Notes: a model not told the origin generated them from the letters alone. Counted from the first letter of the stretch, positions 19,845 to 29,310 are shown. The stretch is 64,000 nucleotides of DNA from an uncultured delta proteobacterium (GCA_963761995.1 CAVXIU010000006.1:4697633-4761632); one strand, 5' to 3'. Made by a program: numbers and translations.

Positions 19845-20915
19845 TCAGGATTGCTTTGCGGTCTTCTCCATTTTTTCGCGGCGCTTGCGCTCGCGACGCG
19901 CCTCCTTGCTCGCTTTCGGATCGTCCGGCGCCGGCCGCCGCAGCACCCAGACGCGCGCCCGACCGATCCCCTTGAGCCGCACGCCCTTCAAGGCGCGCAG
20001 CGCGAAGGCGGGGTCGGATGCGAGGCGCAGCCCGAGCTCGTCCGACACCAGCACGGTGCCCGGGTAGGCGACGCCGACGAGCCGGCTCGCCAGGTTCACG
20101 GTGGTGCCGTAGAGGTCGCCTTCCCACGCCAGCATCGGGCCGAGGGCGAGGCCGACCCGAAGCGAGGGAATCAGCTCGTCGGCGTCGCACGCCTCGGCGA
20201 GAGCCAGAGCGATCTCCGCGGCCGCGGCGACCTCGGCGGTGCTGAACATCACCTCGTCACCGATGATCTTGACGACCCGTCCCGCGCGGTCGGGGATGTG
20301 CGCGTAGACGATCTCCTCGAAGCGCCCGACGACGCGGGCGAGCTCGAGGTCGGACAACTGCTGGCTGAGCGCCGTGAAGCCGACGAGGTCGGCGAACCCG
20401 ACGCACCCCATCTCCCCATCGCTGGTGCGGCCGGCGGCGGTGGCGACGGTTTGCGAGATCGCCGCCAGCAGATGCCGGCGCCAGATGTAGCCGAGAAACG
20501 GCTCGTGGCTCTTCTGCAGCGACTCGCCGAGGGTCGCGACGGCGTCGGCGACGTCCGTGTCGGAAAGGTCCGTCGCAGACGTCACCCGCTCGATCTCGGC
20601 GGCGATCGACGAGACGTGCATCGTCGCCACCCGCGCCAACGCCTGGCCGGTGGTGCGCGTCATTTGTACCAGCACGTCCGGATCCAGGTGCTCGCGCTCC
20701 AGCATCGCGGCGGCCGCGCGCAGCATCGCGACGTCCTGGCGCGTGAACACCGTTGCGTCGGTCGAGACCCGTGGAAACCCGAGCGCCTGCCAGAAGCGCC
20801 GGGCCTGTTCGGGCGTCACCCCGGCCTGCTCGGCGACGTCACGTGCAGAGAGCTCGGGAGCTCCGAGCAGCGCCTTACTGACGGTCTCCCAAACGGTCGT
20901 GGTGCGGGTCGTCAT
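19845..20915 (-). CDS. class III adenylate/guanylate cyclase with N-terminal HTH-like domain
   Basis: N-terminal LSARDVAEQAGVTPEQARRFWQALGFP (HTH-like). C-terminal MGCVGFADLVGFTALSQQLSD...KIIGDEVMFSTAEVAAAAEIALAL...GLALGPMLAWEGDLYGTTVNLASRL cyclase core. Confidence 0.75.
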   Translation of the reverse strand: MTTRTTTVWETVSKALLGAPELSARDVAEQAGVTPEQARRFWQALGFPRVSTDATVFTRQDVAMLRAAAAMLEREHLDPDVLVQMTRTTGQALARVATMHVSSIAAEIERVTSATDLSDTDVADAVATLGESLQKSHEPFLGYIWRRHLLAAISQTVATAAGRTSDGEMGCVGFADLVGFTALSQQLSDLELARVVGRFEEIVYAHIPDRAGRVVKIIGDEVMFSTAEVAAAAEIALALAEACDADELIPSLRVGLALGPMLAWEGDLYGTTVNLASRLVGVAYPGTVLVSDELGLRLASDPAFALRALKGVRLKGIGRARVWVLRRPAPDDPKASKEARRERKRREKMEKTAKQS

Positions 20916-20969
20916 GGCGGCCGACCCTATCCGAATCTGCGGATTTTCTCCGCTCGTGACGGCGACCGA

Positions 20970-21701
20970 TCAATAGCCTCCACGCACGGCGCGAACGCAT
21001 TCGAGGGCGTCCTTGTAGTCGGCGAACAACGCCTGGCCGTCGGTGAAATTCACGACCATCGCACCGACCGGCATGACCCTGAACGTCGTCCAGGTCCAGT
21101 AGTGGTCAGAGGCGGTCGGACCGAAGATCGGATCGATGCAGGGATCCGTCGCGCACGGGTAGGGCTCCAGCCGGATCGTCTGCAGCTCCTCGGTGAGCGG
21201 CAATCGCCAGTCGCAATGACCCGCGAAGCCTTCGAACCCGTCGCTGTCGCAGACGTTCAGCTGGTTGAAGAAGTCCGCGAACACCGTCCCGTTCGGCTGC
21301 GTGCCGGCTGCCGCCGCGGTCCACGAGTACCTGTTGTCGACGTCACTCGGGTTGGAGAGGCTCTGCATGCCATCCGGCGAGTGCTTCTTCTCCCACTGCA
21401 GGCCGGTGTCGTGGTCGGTGACCGTATCGTCGCCGTTGTCGCGGTACCGGCACGCGATCCCCGCGTCGCTGGCCTTTTGGCTGAGCCGGCCGAGCTTCTC
21501 TTGGAACTTGGTGGCGCACCTCGCGGGATCGGCGGGCTTGCCCTGGATCTGCTTGGCCTCCTCGACGGCCCTGCATTTCTGCATGTTGCCCGCGGCTTTC
21601 CGCTTCTGCGCGAGACAGCTTTCGGTCGTCAAAGCGGCATGCACCGTACTGGCAGTCAGCAGCGCAACGATTACGATGACGATCAGGTGGATGCGTGGCA
21701 T
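20970..21701 (-). CDS. secreted DUF1566 protein, paralog 3
   Basis: Signal MPRIHLIVIVIVALLTASTVHA. GHCDWRLPLTEELQTIRLEPYPCATDPCID...VRAVRGGY. Confidence 0.7.
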   Translation of the reverse strand: MPRIHLIVIVIVALLTASTVHAALTTESCLAQKRKAAGNMQKCRAVEEAKQIQGKPADPARCATKFQEKLGRLSQKASDAGIACRYRDNGDDTVTDHDTGLQWEKKHSPDGMQSLSNPSDVDNRYSWTAAAAGTQPNGTVFADFFNQLNVCDSDGFEGFAGHCDWRLPLTEELQTIRLEPYPCATDPCIDPIFGPTASDHYWTWTTFRVMPVGAMVVNFTDGQALFADYKDALECVRAVRGGY

Positions 21702-21848
21702 GGGTAGCTCCTTTGGTTGGACCTGCGGGCCAGGGGGAGCCTAGCCCGCCTACCCCGGTCCAGGTCAACGAAAATCGCGGCGTTCGCCTCCCGCGGCCTT
21801 CCGTCATAGCATGCGCGAGCCCTGCCATTCGTGACGAAGCGAGGCCCG

Positions 21849-22280
21849 ATGAACTGCAAGACGTGCGGAACAGAGACGAAGGAAATCGCCACCAAGACGA
21901 TCGGCCGCGGATCGAGCGGCGCCACCAAATGCCACCGGCTCGGATGCGGCCATGCGTGGCACCGGATCACGCCGACGGCCGGCGAGCCCGGAGCCGATGA
22001 CGCCATCGTGGCGACCCCGTGCAGCTGCGGAGAAATCGTCACCGTGAATGCGCTTCTCGTCGCCGGACGCCGGCTCTCCCCGGAGACCCTGAGCGACGAG
22101 GCCTTCCGCGAATGGTCGAAGCAGGTCTTGGAGGCGCTCGACGGGATCCCGGCCGAGAGCGGCGCCCCGAGTCTCGTGCGCAGCGCCACGACGGCAGCCA
22201 AGTCGCCGACGAGCAACATGTCCAAGAAGGTCGACGAGCTGAACAAGCTTCTCGTGCGAGCCATCACGGCAGTGTCCTGA
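21849..22280 (+). CDS. small Cys-rich (zinc-ribbon-like) hypothetical protein
   Basis: MNCKTCGTE...CHRLGCGH...CSCGE (C-x2-C ... C-x4-C-x-H ... C-x-C). Strong GC3 bias supports coding. No family assignment. Confidence 0.4.
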   Translation: MNCKTCGTETKEIATKTIGRGSSGATKCHRLGCGHAWHRITPTAGEPGADDAIVATPCSCGEIVTVNALLVAGRRLSPETLSDEAFREWSKQVLEALDGIPAESGAPSLVRSATTAAKSPTSNMSKKVDELNKLLVRAITAVS

Positions 22281-22396
22281 GCCGCGCCGCGGCCCGCCTT
22301 CACGCGAGCGCCGGCGCGAACGGGTTGCAGAAATGCATTGACAGGCGCGACGTGCCTGTGGCCAGCTCCAGCATCCCCGCAGCAGAAGGAGCCCCC

Positions 22397-25123
22397 ATGT
22401 CGCACGCCGGTGTCGCCCATCAGCCCCGTTTCGCCAGACCGTTTGCAGCCACCCTCTTCGGGCTCGTCTGTACGGCGTGGGCGGCGGCGGTCTCGGCCCA
22501 GGTGCAGGACTCGGCGCAACAGAAATGCATCAACGCGCTCAACAAGAGCGGCGTGAAGGTATCCTCGGCGCAAGCCAAGGAAGGCAGCCGCTGCCTGGGT
22601 GCGGCGGCCAAGGGCATGGAGCCGGACGCGCAGGGATGTCTCACGGGCGACGCCAAGGGGAAGGTCGGCAAGGCGGAAACCGGGACCGTCACGGCCGACG
22701 GCAAGTGCACGACCGCGCCGAGCTTCGGGAAGACCAGCGCAGCGGCGGTCAACGCGGCGGCGGTGAGCGAGCAGGTGGACCTCGTCGCCGACCTCTTCGG
22801 CGCGAGCCTCACGACCGCCGTGCTGCCGAGCGCGAGCGATCAAGATGGCGCGAAATGCCAGGCCGCCGTCCTGAAAGGCAGCGGCAAGCTGACCGCGACG
22901 CTCCTCAAGACCTTCCTCGCCTGCAAGAAGAACGGTCTCAAGTCCACCGTGCCGAGCGAGCAGATCGACTCGGCCGAGGATCTCGCCGCCTGCTTCGACG
23001 TGCTGCTCGCCGACGCCGCCGGCAAGATCGCCAAGGAGGAGGCGAAGCTGGCCTCGACCGTCGACAAGAGCTGCACGCAGAAAGGCGTCGTGCTGGCGAC
23101 GGCGTTTCCCGGGTCGTGCACGGTCGGCACCAAACCGTTCGCGGGCTGCGTCGAGCAGCGCGTCCGCTGCCACACCTGCCTCATGGTCGATGCGTGGGAC
23201 GGCCTCGCCCGCCTCTGCGACGCCTTCGACGACGGGCTCCCCAACAACGCGAGCTGCGGCGCGCCGCTGCTCTTCGAGGAGACGATCACCGTTCCCAACG
23301 CCGTCGAGCCGGACGAGACGCCGGGATCGACCGGTGTCGTCGTCACCAATCCGAAGCTGATCACGCAGTTCGGCGGCACGGGCTTCGACCTCAACAACTC
23401 GAAGTACACCCGCTGGCGCTTGAACGGCCCGGTGCAGACGCCGGACGCGATCCTGATCCTGGTGCCGGGGTTCGGCGCGGGCGCCAACAACTTCCGGATC
23501 ATGGCCGAGAATCTGATCACGCGCGTGCGCGACGACCACGGCCTCGTGCTCGAGGTGTGGGGCTTCCACCGTCGCACCGATCAGCTCGAGGACCGCGAGG
23601 GCGCGACGCTCGCCACCGCGAGTCAGAACGCCCAGGTCGCGCTCGACTGGTACTACGGCGCCCAGCTCGGCCTGACGCTGCATCCGGATCTGGTCGCGGG
23701 GCCGAATCGGCGCGCCGTCTTCTACAACACCTCGAGCGACATCCCCTTTCTCGCCAACTGGACCGGCCACGTGTTCTCGCGCGACCTCGACGTCGTGGTC
23801 GAGCTGGCACGGACGACCGCGAGCAACGCCAACGTCTTTCTCGGCGGCCACTCGGCCGGCACCGGCTTCGCGGCGCGCTACGCGGCGACCGACTTCGAAC
23901 CGACCGGAGGCGGACCGGTCGACCCCGGGTACGCGAAGCTCCGCGGCCTGGTGCTGCTGGAAGGCGGCGGCGGCTCCACGGGCGGCGCGGCGCTCACCGC
24001 CGACTCGCTCGATCGCATCGAGGCCAAGTTCGACGGCGGCCTCTTCGGCGCCGTGCGCGACAACGCCGGCCGCTGCGTCGACGGCACGACGCCCTGCACG
24101 ATCGCCAACGAGGCCGCGGCCTGCGTCGGGCAGCTGCCGCCGAAGTGCACGCTGCCCACGACGGCCTACAGCGCCATCGCGGGCCTGACGCCGCAGATCA
24201 CGGCGGCGGCCCAGCCGGTCGCGATCCAGGCCCTCACGGATCCGAACGTCGGCAAGGCCATCATCCAGGTGGACCAGAGCGGCCCGGGCACGTCGGCGAT
24301 CGACCTCGTGCCGGAGCTCGCGATCCTCGCCCTCGCCCTTCCCGACTCGACCGCGTTCGGGTTGATCGGACAGTTCCTCGACGACGACGGCGTCGGCGCG
24401 CTGTTGTCGCCCGCGGTCGCAACCTCGATGGGCCGCTCGGGCCCGACCGTCGGCGGCCTGGTCACCTGGAACGCGATCTTCGACGGCACCGCCGGCGGCA
24501 TCCCGATGAGCTTCCACGGCCCGGCGCCGACCACGATCTCGAGCGCGGTCTGGGGCCTCGAGCGCGAGGTGACCAACATCGACCGCTTCGACGACACCTT
24601 CATCGCCGGCGGCAACACGGCCGCTGACTGGTACTACGCGTCATCGGGACTGAGCGTCACGTCGGCGCCCGGCGTCTGCAGCTCGGGCACCTGCACCGCC
24701 GGCAACGTCGGCGCCGGCTGCGCCAACGACGCCGCCTGCTCGCAGGCGATCAGCCTCGACTCGACGGCGCTCTCGGTCGGCCGCAGCCGGCGCGACATCG
24801 CGAACCTGACGCAGGCCGGCCAGATCGACATTCCGGTCATCTGCTTCGGCGGCAGCAACGGGCTCGTCCCGGTCCCCGGTCTCTTCGTCCCGTTCGGGAG
24901 CAGCATCGGGCTCTGCACCGCACCGAGCTGCAGCGGCACGGCGCGCATCGTCGACGCCGCCCTCCCCAACCCCGCGTTCCCGACGCTCGGCGACGTCGCC
25001 GGCGGCTTCGAGGTGCACATCAGCGAGGGCCTCGCGCACAACGACGTGGTCACGGCGGAGGACATCGCACAGAACAACGTGCTGGCACCGCTCTCCGACT
25101 TCCTGGCGCGGAACGTCCAGTAG
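22397..25123 (+). CDS. 909-aa secreted Cys-rich protein with central alpha/beta-hydrolase (GHSAG lipase/esterase-type) domain
   Basis: GAAGGA 6 nt before ATG 22397. Signal MSHAGVAHQPRFARPFAATLFGLVCTAWAAAVSA. About 30 Cys in CxxC-like spacing at the N-terminus. FLGGHSAGTGFAARYAA nucleophile elbow. The large antisense ORF 21683..24517 is a shadow ORF. Confidence 0.7.
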   Translation: MSHAGVAHQPRFARPFAATLFGLVCTAWAAAVSAQVQDSAQQKCINALNKSGVKVSSAQAKEGSRCLGAAAKGMEPDAQGCLTGDAKGKVGKAETGTVTADGKCTTAPSFGKTSAAAVNAAAVSEQVDLVADLFGASLTTAVLPSASDQDGAKCQAAVLKGSGKLTATLLKTFLACKKNGLKSTVPSEQIDSAEDLAACFDVLLADAAGKIAKEEAKLASTVDKSCTQKGVVLATAFPGSCTVGTKPFAGCVEQRVRCHTCLMVDAWDGLARLCDAFDDGLPNNASCGAPLLFEETITVPNAVEPDETPGSTGVVVTNPKLITQFGGTGFDLNNSKYTRWRLNGPVQTPDAILILVPGFGAGANNFRIMAENLITRVRDDHGLVLEVWGFHRRTDQLEDREGATLATASQNAQVALDWYYGAQLGLTLHPDLVAGPNRRAVFYNTSSDIPFLANWTGHVFSRDLDVVVELARTTASNANVFLGGHSAGTGFAARYAATDFEPTGGGPVDPGYAKLRGLVLLEGGGGSTGGAALTADSLDRIEAKFDGGLFGAVRDNAGRCVDGTTPCTIANEAAACVGQLPPKCTLPTTAYSAIAGLTPQITAAAQPVAIQALTDPNVGKAIIQVDQSGPGTSAIDLVPELAILALALPDSTAFGLIGQFLDDDGVGALLSPAVATSMGRSGPTVGGLVTWNAIFDGTAGGIPMSFHGPAPTTISSAVWGLEREVTNIDRFDDTFIAGGNTAADWYYASSGLSVTSAPGVCSSGTCTAGNVGAGCANDAACSQAISLDSTALSVGRSRRDIANLTQAGQIDIPVICFGGSNGLVPVPGLFVPFGSSIGLCTAPSCSGTARIVDAALPNPAFPTLGDVAGGFEVHISEGLAHNDVVTAEDIAQNNVLAPLSDFLARNVQ

Positions 25124-25138
25124 ACGAGCGACCCCGAG

Positions 25139-25528
25139 TCACAGGAGCTCCGCGATGAGAGCGGCGGCGCGCTCGGCGCCGTCGGTCTCGACGGGCTTGT
25201 AGCTCGTCGGCCGGCCGATCTCCTCGGCGAGCGCCGCCGCGATCACGTCCGGCGTCGCGGCGTCGAAGTCCATGCAGCGCCCGGCTCCGTAGTTCTGCAG
25301 GCGGTGGCGCACGTGGACGTTCTGCTCGAAGTGATGACGGAGCGGAAAGTAAAGGAAGGGACGCCCGTTGGCGGCGAGCTCCATCGAGGTGGTGAGTCCA
25401 CCCTGCACGACGGCCAGGTCGCACGCCGCGAAGTGACGATAGAGGTTGTGCACGTAGGCCACGACCTCGAGGCCCGGGTGCCGGGGCAGCGAGGCGGGAT
25501 CGATGCGCGGCCCGGCGACGACGATCAT
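25139..25528 (-). CDS. glycosyltransferase family 28 C-terminal-domain protein (MurG/Alg13-like C-terminal half only)
   Basis: MIVVAGPRID...CDLAVVQGGLTTSMELAANGRPFLYFPLRHHFEQNVHVRHRLQNYGAG matches the GT28 C-terminal domain. The region upstream on the same strand has no GT N-domain, and a HEAT ORF sits on the opposite strand there. Possibly a remnant or frameshifted gene. Confidence 0.45.
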   Translation of the reverse strand: MIVVAGPRIDPASLPRHPGLEVVAYVHNLYRHFAACDLAVVQGGLTTSMELAANGRPFLYFPLRHHFEQNVHVRHRLQNYGAGRCMDFDAATPDVIAAALAEEIGRPTSYKPVETDGAERAAALIAELL

Positions 25529-25621
25529 GCGGAGCGCCGGCTCGCGACGGCGGACCTCGGCATGGGACGCGATCACGCGGCGCAGCAGGTGCTCATCGAC
25601 CCGGAGCCGCCGCCGCTGACG

Positions 25622-26113
25622 ATGCAGATCTTCTCGTCGCGACGGTACCCGAGCTCCGCGCGCAAGGCCTGGGCGCGGCTCGTCCGCGTGAGCGCTCGCG
25701 AGGAGCGGCTCGCCGTCGTACGCGCCGCTGCCGCGCACCCGAGCCCGGCCGTGACCGCGGCGCTGCTCGAGGTGCTGGCGGGAGGCGACGTCGACGCGGC
25801 GGCCGCCGCCGCCGTCTCGCTCGGCACGCCCGGGAACGACGCCGCCGTCACGCCCCTCCGCGGCGCCCTCGCCCACGACGAGGGCCGGCTGCGGATGGCC
25901 GCGATCCGCGCGCTCGGCCGCATCGGCACAGCGCGCGCGCGCGAAGCGCTCGCCCTCGCGGCCGCCTTCCACCCCGACCCTCCGACCCGCCGCCGTGCCA
26001 ACGCCGAGGTGATCGTAGTCCAGCGAGGGATCTCTCCCTCGCCCCAGACCCTCCTCCGAGGGCGCGCGGGCAAAGCCCGTCCGGTTCGAGCCTTTGATCA
26101 GACTTCTCGCTAG
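25622..26113 (+). CDS. HEAT-repeat (PBS-lyase-like) protein
   Basis: ...AAVTPLRGALAHDEGRLRMAAIRALGRIGTARAREALALAAAFHPDPPTRRRANAEV... HEAT-like repeats. Start uncertain. Confidence 0.5.
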   Translation: MQIFSSRRYPSSARKAWARLVRVSAREERLAVVRAAAAHPSPAVTAALLEVLAGGDVDAAAAAAVSLGTPGNDAAVTPLRGALAHDEGRLRMAAIRALGRIGTARAREALALAAAFHPDPPTRRRANAEVIVVQRGISPSPQTLLRGRAGKARPVRAFDQTSR

Positions 26114-26502
26114 GCCTCGCAGCGTTCCGCGATCGCGGTGAGCAGGGTATTCGGCGCAACGGGCTTGCGGAAGAAGTTCTTGAGGCCGCGCGCCTCGGCG
26201 CGCTCGCATTCGTGCACATCCCCCGAGACCACGACCACGTGAATGGACGCGAGCGCCGGGTCGGTCTGCATGTGATCCAGCACGGTCCAGCCGTCCATGC
26301 CGGGCATGCGCAGATCCAGGATGACGACGCGCGGGCGGAGGCCGTCGCGCAACAGGCGTAGCGCACCGAATCCACTACTCGCGCCGGTCGCTCGGTAGCC
26401 GTGCATCAGCAACAGCATGACGAACGACTCGCGGACGTCGTCGTTGTCGTCGACGACCAGGACCTCATGCGGGGGATGCGCGAGTTGCCGACGCGCCGGC
26501 AT
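26110..26502 (-). CDS. single-domain response regulator (receiver)
   Basis: EVLVVDDNDDVRESFVMLLLMHGYRA...VVILDLRMPGMDGWTVLDHMQ...HVVVVSGD. Confidence 0.75.
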   Translation of the reverse strand: MPARRQLAHPPHEVLVVDDNDDVRESFVMLLLMHGYRATGASSGFGALRLLRDGLRPRVVILDLRMPGMDGWTVLDHMQTDPALASIHVVVVSGDVHECERAEARGLKNFFRKPVAPNTLLTAIAERCEA

Positions 26503-26659
26503 GCAGGAGAACTAGGAAACGAGCGCCTGGAAGTCAATTTGAATGTCGGCCCATCCGGACGCGCACCGACGCGGTGCCATTCCGCTCTCTCGAGAATTGT
26601 TGACCTACGACACCGAGCGTTATACCTGCCGCTCGCCTCCAGGGAGGCCCACAGGACCG

Positions 26660-27583
26660 ATGCCGCCGCTCTGCGTCGAGAGCCCGTTCGAGACTCACCC
26701 CCCACGGATCTCGGTGATCGTCCGAACGGTCACCGGTGGTGCTCGGCTGGGCGAGGCGCTCGACAGCCTGGCGGCGCAGACGCTTCGGAATTTCGAGGTC
26801 ATCGTGGTCGACATGTCGTCGGGCAAGGCGGAGCCGATGATCGCGCGCGCGGCGAGCGGGATCTCGCGGCTGCGTCGGCTCGCGATCCGCCGAAGGCTGA
26901 CGCGACCCGCCGCGCTGAACCTCGGCATCCGTGCCGCCACCGCCCCCGCGATTGCGATCCTGGACGACGACAACGTCTACGATCGCGAGCATCTCGACGT
27001 CCTGCTGGCGGGTCTCGCCTCGACGCGCGCGGACTACGTGTACACGGGCGTGCGCCACGTGACCTTCGCGCCCGACGGCCGAGCGCTGGCGACGCGCGCG
27101 GTCGCGATTCCGTTTCGCTTCGACCAGCTGTTGTTCAGCAACTTCATCTACGCCACCGGATCGGCGTATCGCCGCGCGATCTGGGAACGCGTCGGCGGCT
27201 ACGACGAGCGCTTCGCCGTGTTCGAGGACTGGGACTTCCTGATCCGCGTCGGACGCGCCGGCAGCATCGTCCACTTGCCGGTGGTGTCGGGCGAGTCGCG
27301 CAAGTACACGGGCGCCGACGGGGTCGCCGGCTTCCAGCGCGAGATCGATGCCGTGCGGCGTTGCCACGCGGGCATCCACTGGAAGCACCGCCGCCTGTAT
27401 GATCGCGGCCTCCGGCGCGAGCTCAAGGCGGTCTTCGCGGGGCATTGCCGCCGCCGGGTCCCGGCGCGGACGGGACTGCTGGCCGCCACGCTCCTGGGCT
27501 GGCCGCTCGAGGGCGGGTGGGATCTCGTCGCCTGGTGGGGACGGAACTTCCTCGCCGGCGCGCGCGCGCTGGCCGGGCCGTGA
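26660..27583 (+). CDS. family 2 glycosyltransferase
   Basis: ISVIVRTVTGGARLGEALDSLAAQT...AILDDDNVY (DxD)...FEDWDFLIR. Confidence 0.75.
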   Translation: MPPLCVESPFETHPPRISVIVRTVTGGARLGEALDSLAAQTLRNFEVIVVDMSSGKAEPMIARAASGISRLRRLAIRRRLTRPAALNLGIRAATAPAIAILDDDNVYDREHLDVLLAGLASTRADYVYTGVRHVTFAPDGRALATRAVAIPFRFDQLLFSNFIYATGSAYRRAIWERVGGYDERFAVFEDWDFLIRVGRAGSIVHLPVVSGESRKYTGADGVAGFQREIDAVRRCHAGIHWKHRRLYDRGLRRELKAVFAGHCRRRVPARTGLLAATLLGWPLEGGWDLVAWWGRNFLAGARALAGP

Positions 27584-28380
27584 CGACGGCGACGTTCGAC
27601 CCGAGCGCGCGACGATCGCTGATCGTCACCGCCCACCCCAACCACGAGCTTGCGGTATTGGGATTCGTACAACGGGCGGAGCCCTTCCTGCTGTTCCTGA
27701 CGGACGGCGGGCATCCACGCCGCGTCGCGGAGACAGAAAGCGCCCTCGCCGACCTCGGGCTGCTCGACCGCGCGTGCTTCCTCGGCTGGCCCGAGTCCCG
27801 ACTGTACGAGGCGCTGCTCGCAGGCGAGCGCGAGCCCTTCGCCGAGCTCACACGCCAGATCGGCGCCGCCATCGACCGCTGCGCGCCGCTCCAGGTGCTG
27901 GCGGAGGCGGTCGAGCTCTACAATCCGCTGCACGACGTCACGACCCCTCTGGTGCGGGCCGCGCTCGCCGCTCGCCCCGGTATCCACGCCTTCGAGTTTC
28001 CCCTGATCGCGCAATCGCGCCGCGCGCCGGAGGAGTATCGTCTGCAGCGGCTGCCGGAGGCGCGTCGCGACGAACGGATCGAGCTCCGCTTGTCGGCGCG
28101 TGAGCTCGCGATCAAGCTGCACGCGCGTCGTGAGCGCTACGCATTCTTGCGCGAGCAGATGGGACCGGTCCTCGAGACCGCGCCGGACGAGCATTTCGGG
28201 ATCGAGGAGTTCGCCCCGATGCGGGCAACCCTGCCGGCGCCGGGCGACGATCTCGTGCTCCGCTACGAGTGGCGGGCACGACGTCTGCAAGATGCCGGCG
28301 CCGTGCGCGAGGTCATCACCTATGCCGACCACTTTCTGCCGTTCGTCCGCGCGCTTTCGGAGCTTCGGGAGCACCCGTAG
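27580..28380 (+). CDS. LmbE/PIG-L-like deacetylase (divergent AHPNHE motif)
   Basis: GTG start overlaps the GT2 TGA stop (GTGA). RSLIVTAHPNHELAVLGF resembles the AHPDDE zinc motif of PIG-L family N-deacetylases. Family call moderate. Confidence 0.5.
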   Translation: MTTATFDPSARRSLIVTAHPNHELAVLGFVQRAEPFLLFLTDGGHPRRVAETESALADLGLLDRACFLGWPESRLYEALLAGEREPFAELTRQIGAAIDRCAPLQVLAEAVELYNPLHDVTTPLVRAALAARPGIHAFEFPLIAQSRRAPEEYRLQRLPEARRDERIELRLSARELAIKLHARRERYAFLREQMGPVLETAPDEHFGIEEFAPMRATLPAPGDDLVLRYEWRARRLQDAGAVREVITYADHFLPFVRALSELREHP

Positions 28381-28437
28381 GACGAACCCGCCGGCCGACC
28401 ACTTTGTTCGCGGGCTCCTTCGCGATAGATCGAACCC

Positions 28438-29289
28438 ATGCCGCGACTGCAGCGCAAGGGCTTCGGCGGCCCCGACGAGGTCCGGCGGTTTCCGAACGGC
28501 CTCGTCGAGATCGTCACGCTCGACGAGATCGCCGTCAGCCGCTTCGTCTTCCAGCCCGGCTGGCGCTGGGCGACGGACGTGGGGCCGATCGCCGGCACCG
28601 ACACCTGCCAGCATCGCCACGTCGGCTACACGATCTCCGGCAGCCTCGCGGTGCGCATGAGCGACGGCACGGCGCTCACCATCGCGCCGGGTGATGCCTA
28701 CGAGATCCCGCCGGGACACCTGGCATGGGTCGACGGCGACGTGCCCTGGGAGTCCGTCGAGTTCACCAGCGGGCATGCGTTCGCAAAATCGCCCGACGAC
28801 CTCGGCGAGCGCGTGCTGGCGACGATCGTGTTCTCCGACATCTGCGACTCGACGGCGATGCTCGCACGCGTCGGCGACAAGGAGTGGACACGCATCGTGC
28901 GCGAGCACAACGAGCGCATCCGGACCGTGATCGATCGCTTCCGCGGCCGCGAGCTCGCGACCCTGGGCGACGGCTTCCTCGCGCTCTTCGACGGCGCGGC
29001 CAAGGCCGTCAGCGCGGCGGCGGCGATGGACCCGGCGGTCGCCGATCTCGGGATTCACGTTCGCGCCGGCGTCCACACCGGCGAAGTGGCGGTGGTCGGC
29101 GGTCAGGCTCGCGGGGTCGCCGTGCACGCCGCGGCGCGCGTGGCCGCGTTGGCGGGACCGGGCGAGGTCCTGGCGTCGGGCACGACCCACGACCTGCTCG
29201 ACGGCTCGGGTCTCGCATTCGAGTCCCGCGGCGCGCACGAGCTGAAGGGCCTGAGCGGCGCGCGTCCGATCTTCGCGCTCGCGCGCTGA
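28438..29289 (+). CDS. cupin domain fused to class III adenylate/guanylate cyclase
   Basis: N-terminal cupin (FVFQPGWRWATDVGPIAGTDTCQHRHVGYTISGSLAVRMSDGT...GDAYEIPPGHLAWV). C-terminal ATIVFSDICDSTAMLARVGD...ELATLGDGFLALFDGAAKAV...GVHTGEV cyclase core. Confidence 0.75.
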   Translation: MPRLQRKGFGGPDEVRRFPNGLVEIVTLDEIAVSRFVFQPGWRWATDVGPIAGTDTCQHRHVGYTISGSLAVRMSDGTALTIAPGDAYEIPPGHLAWVDGDVPWESVEFTSGHAFAKSPDDLGERVLATIVFSDICDSTAMLARVGDKEWTRIVREHNERIRTVIDRFRGRELATLGDGFLALFDGAAKAVSAAAAMDPAVADLGIHVRAGVHTGEVAVVGGQARGVAVHAAARVAALAGPGEVLASGTTHDLLDGSGLAFESRGAHELKGLSGARPIFALAR

Positions 29290-29310
29290 CGCCGCCCGCT
29301 CGGCCTCGCC

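Noticed and set aside
21683-24517. 944-aa minus-strand ORF
   Set aside because: Antisense shadow of the secreted alpha/beta-hydrolase gene and neighbours. Arg-rich junk.
25573-26073. Minus-strand ORF ending ...KICIVSGGGSGSM, superficially like a MurG N-terminus
   Set aside because: Too short and otherwise Arg/Ala junk. It overlaps the better-supported HEAT-repeat ORF on the plus strand.
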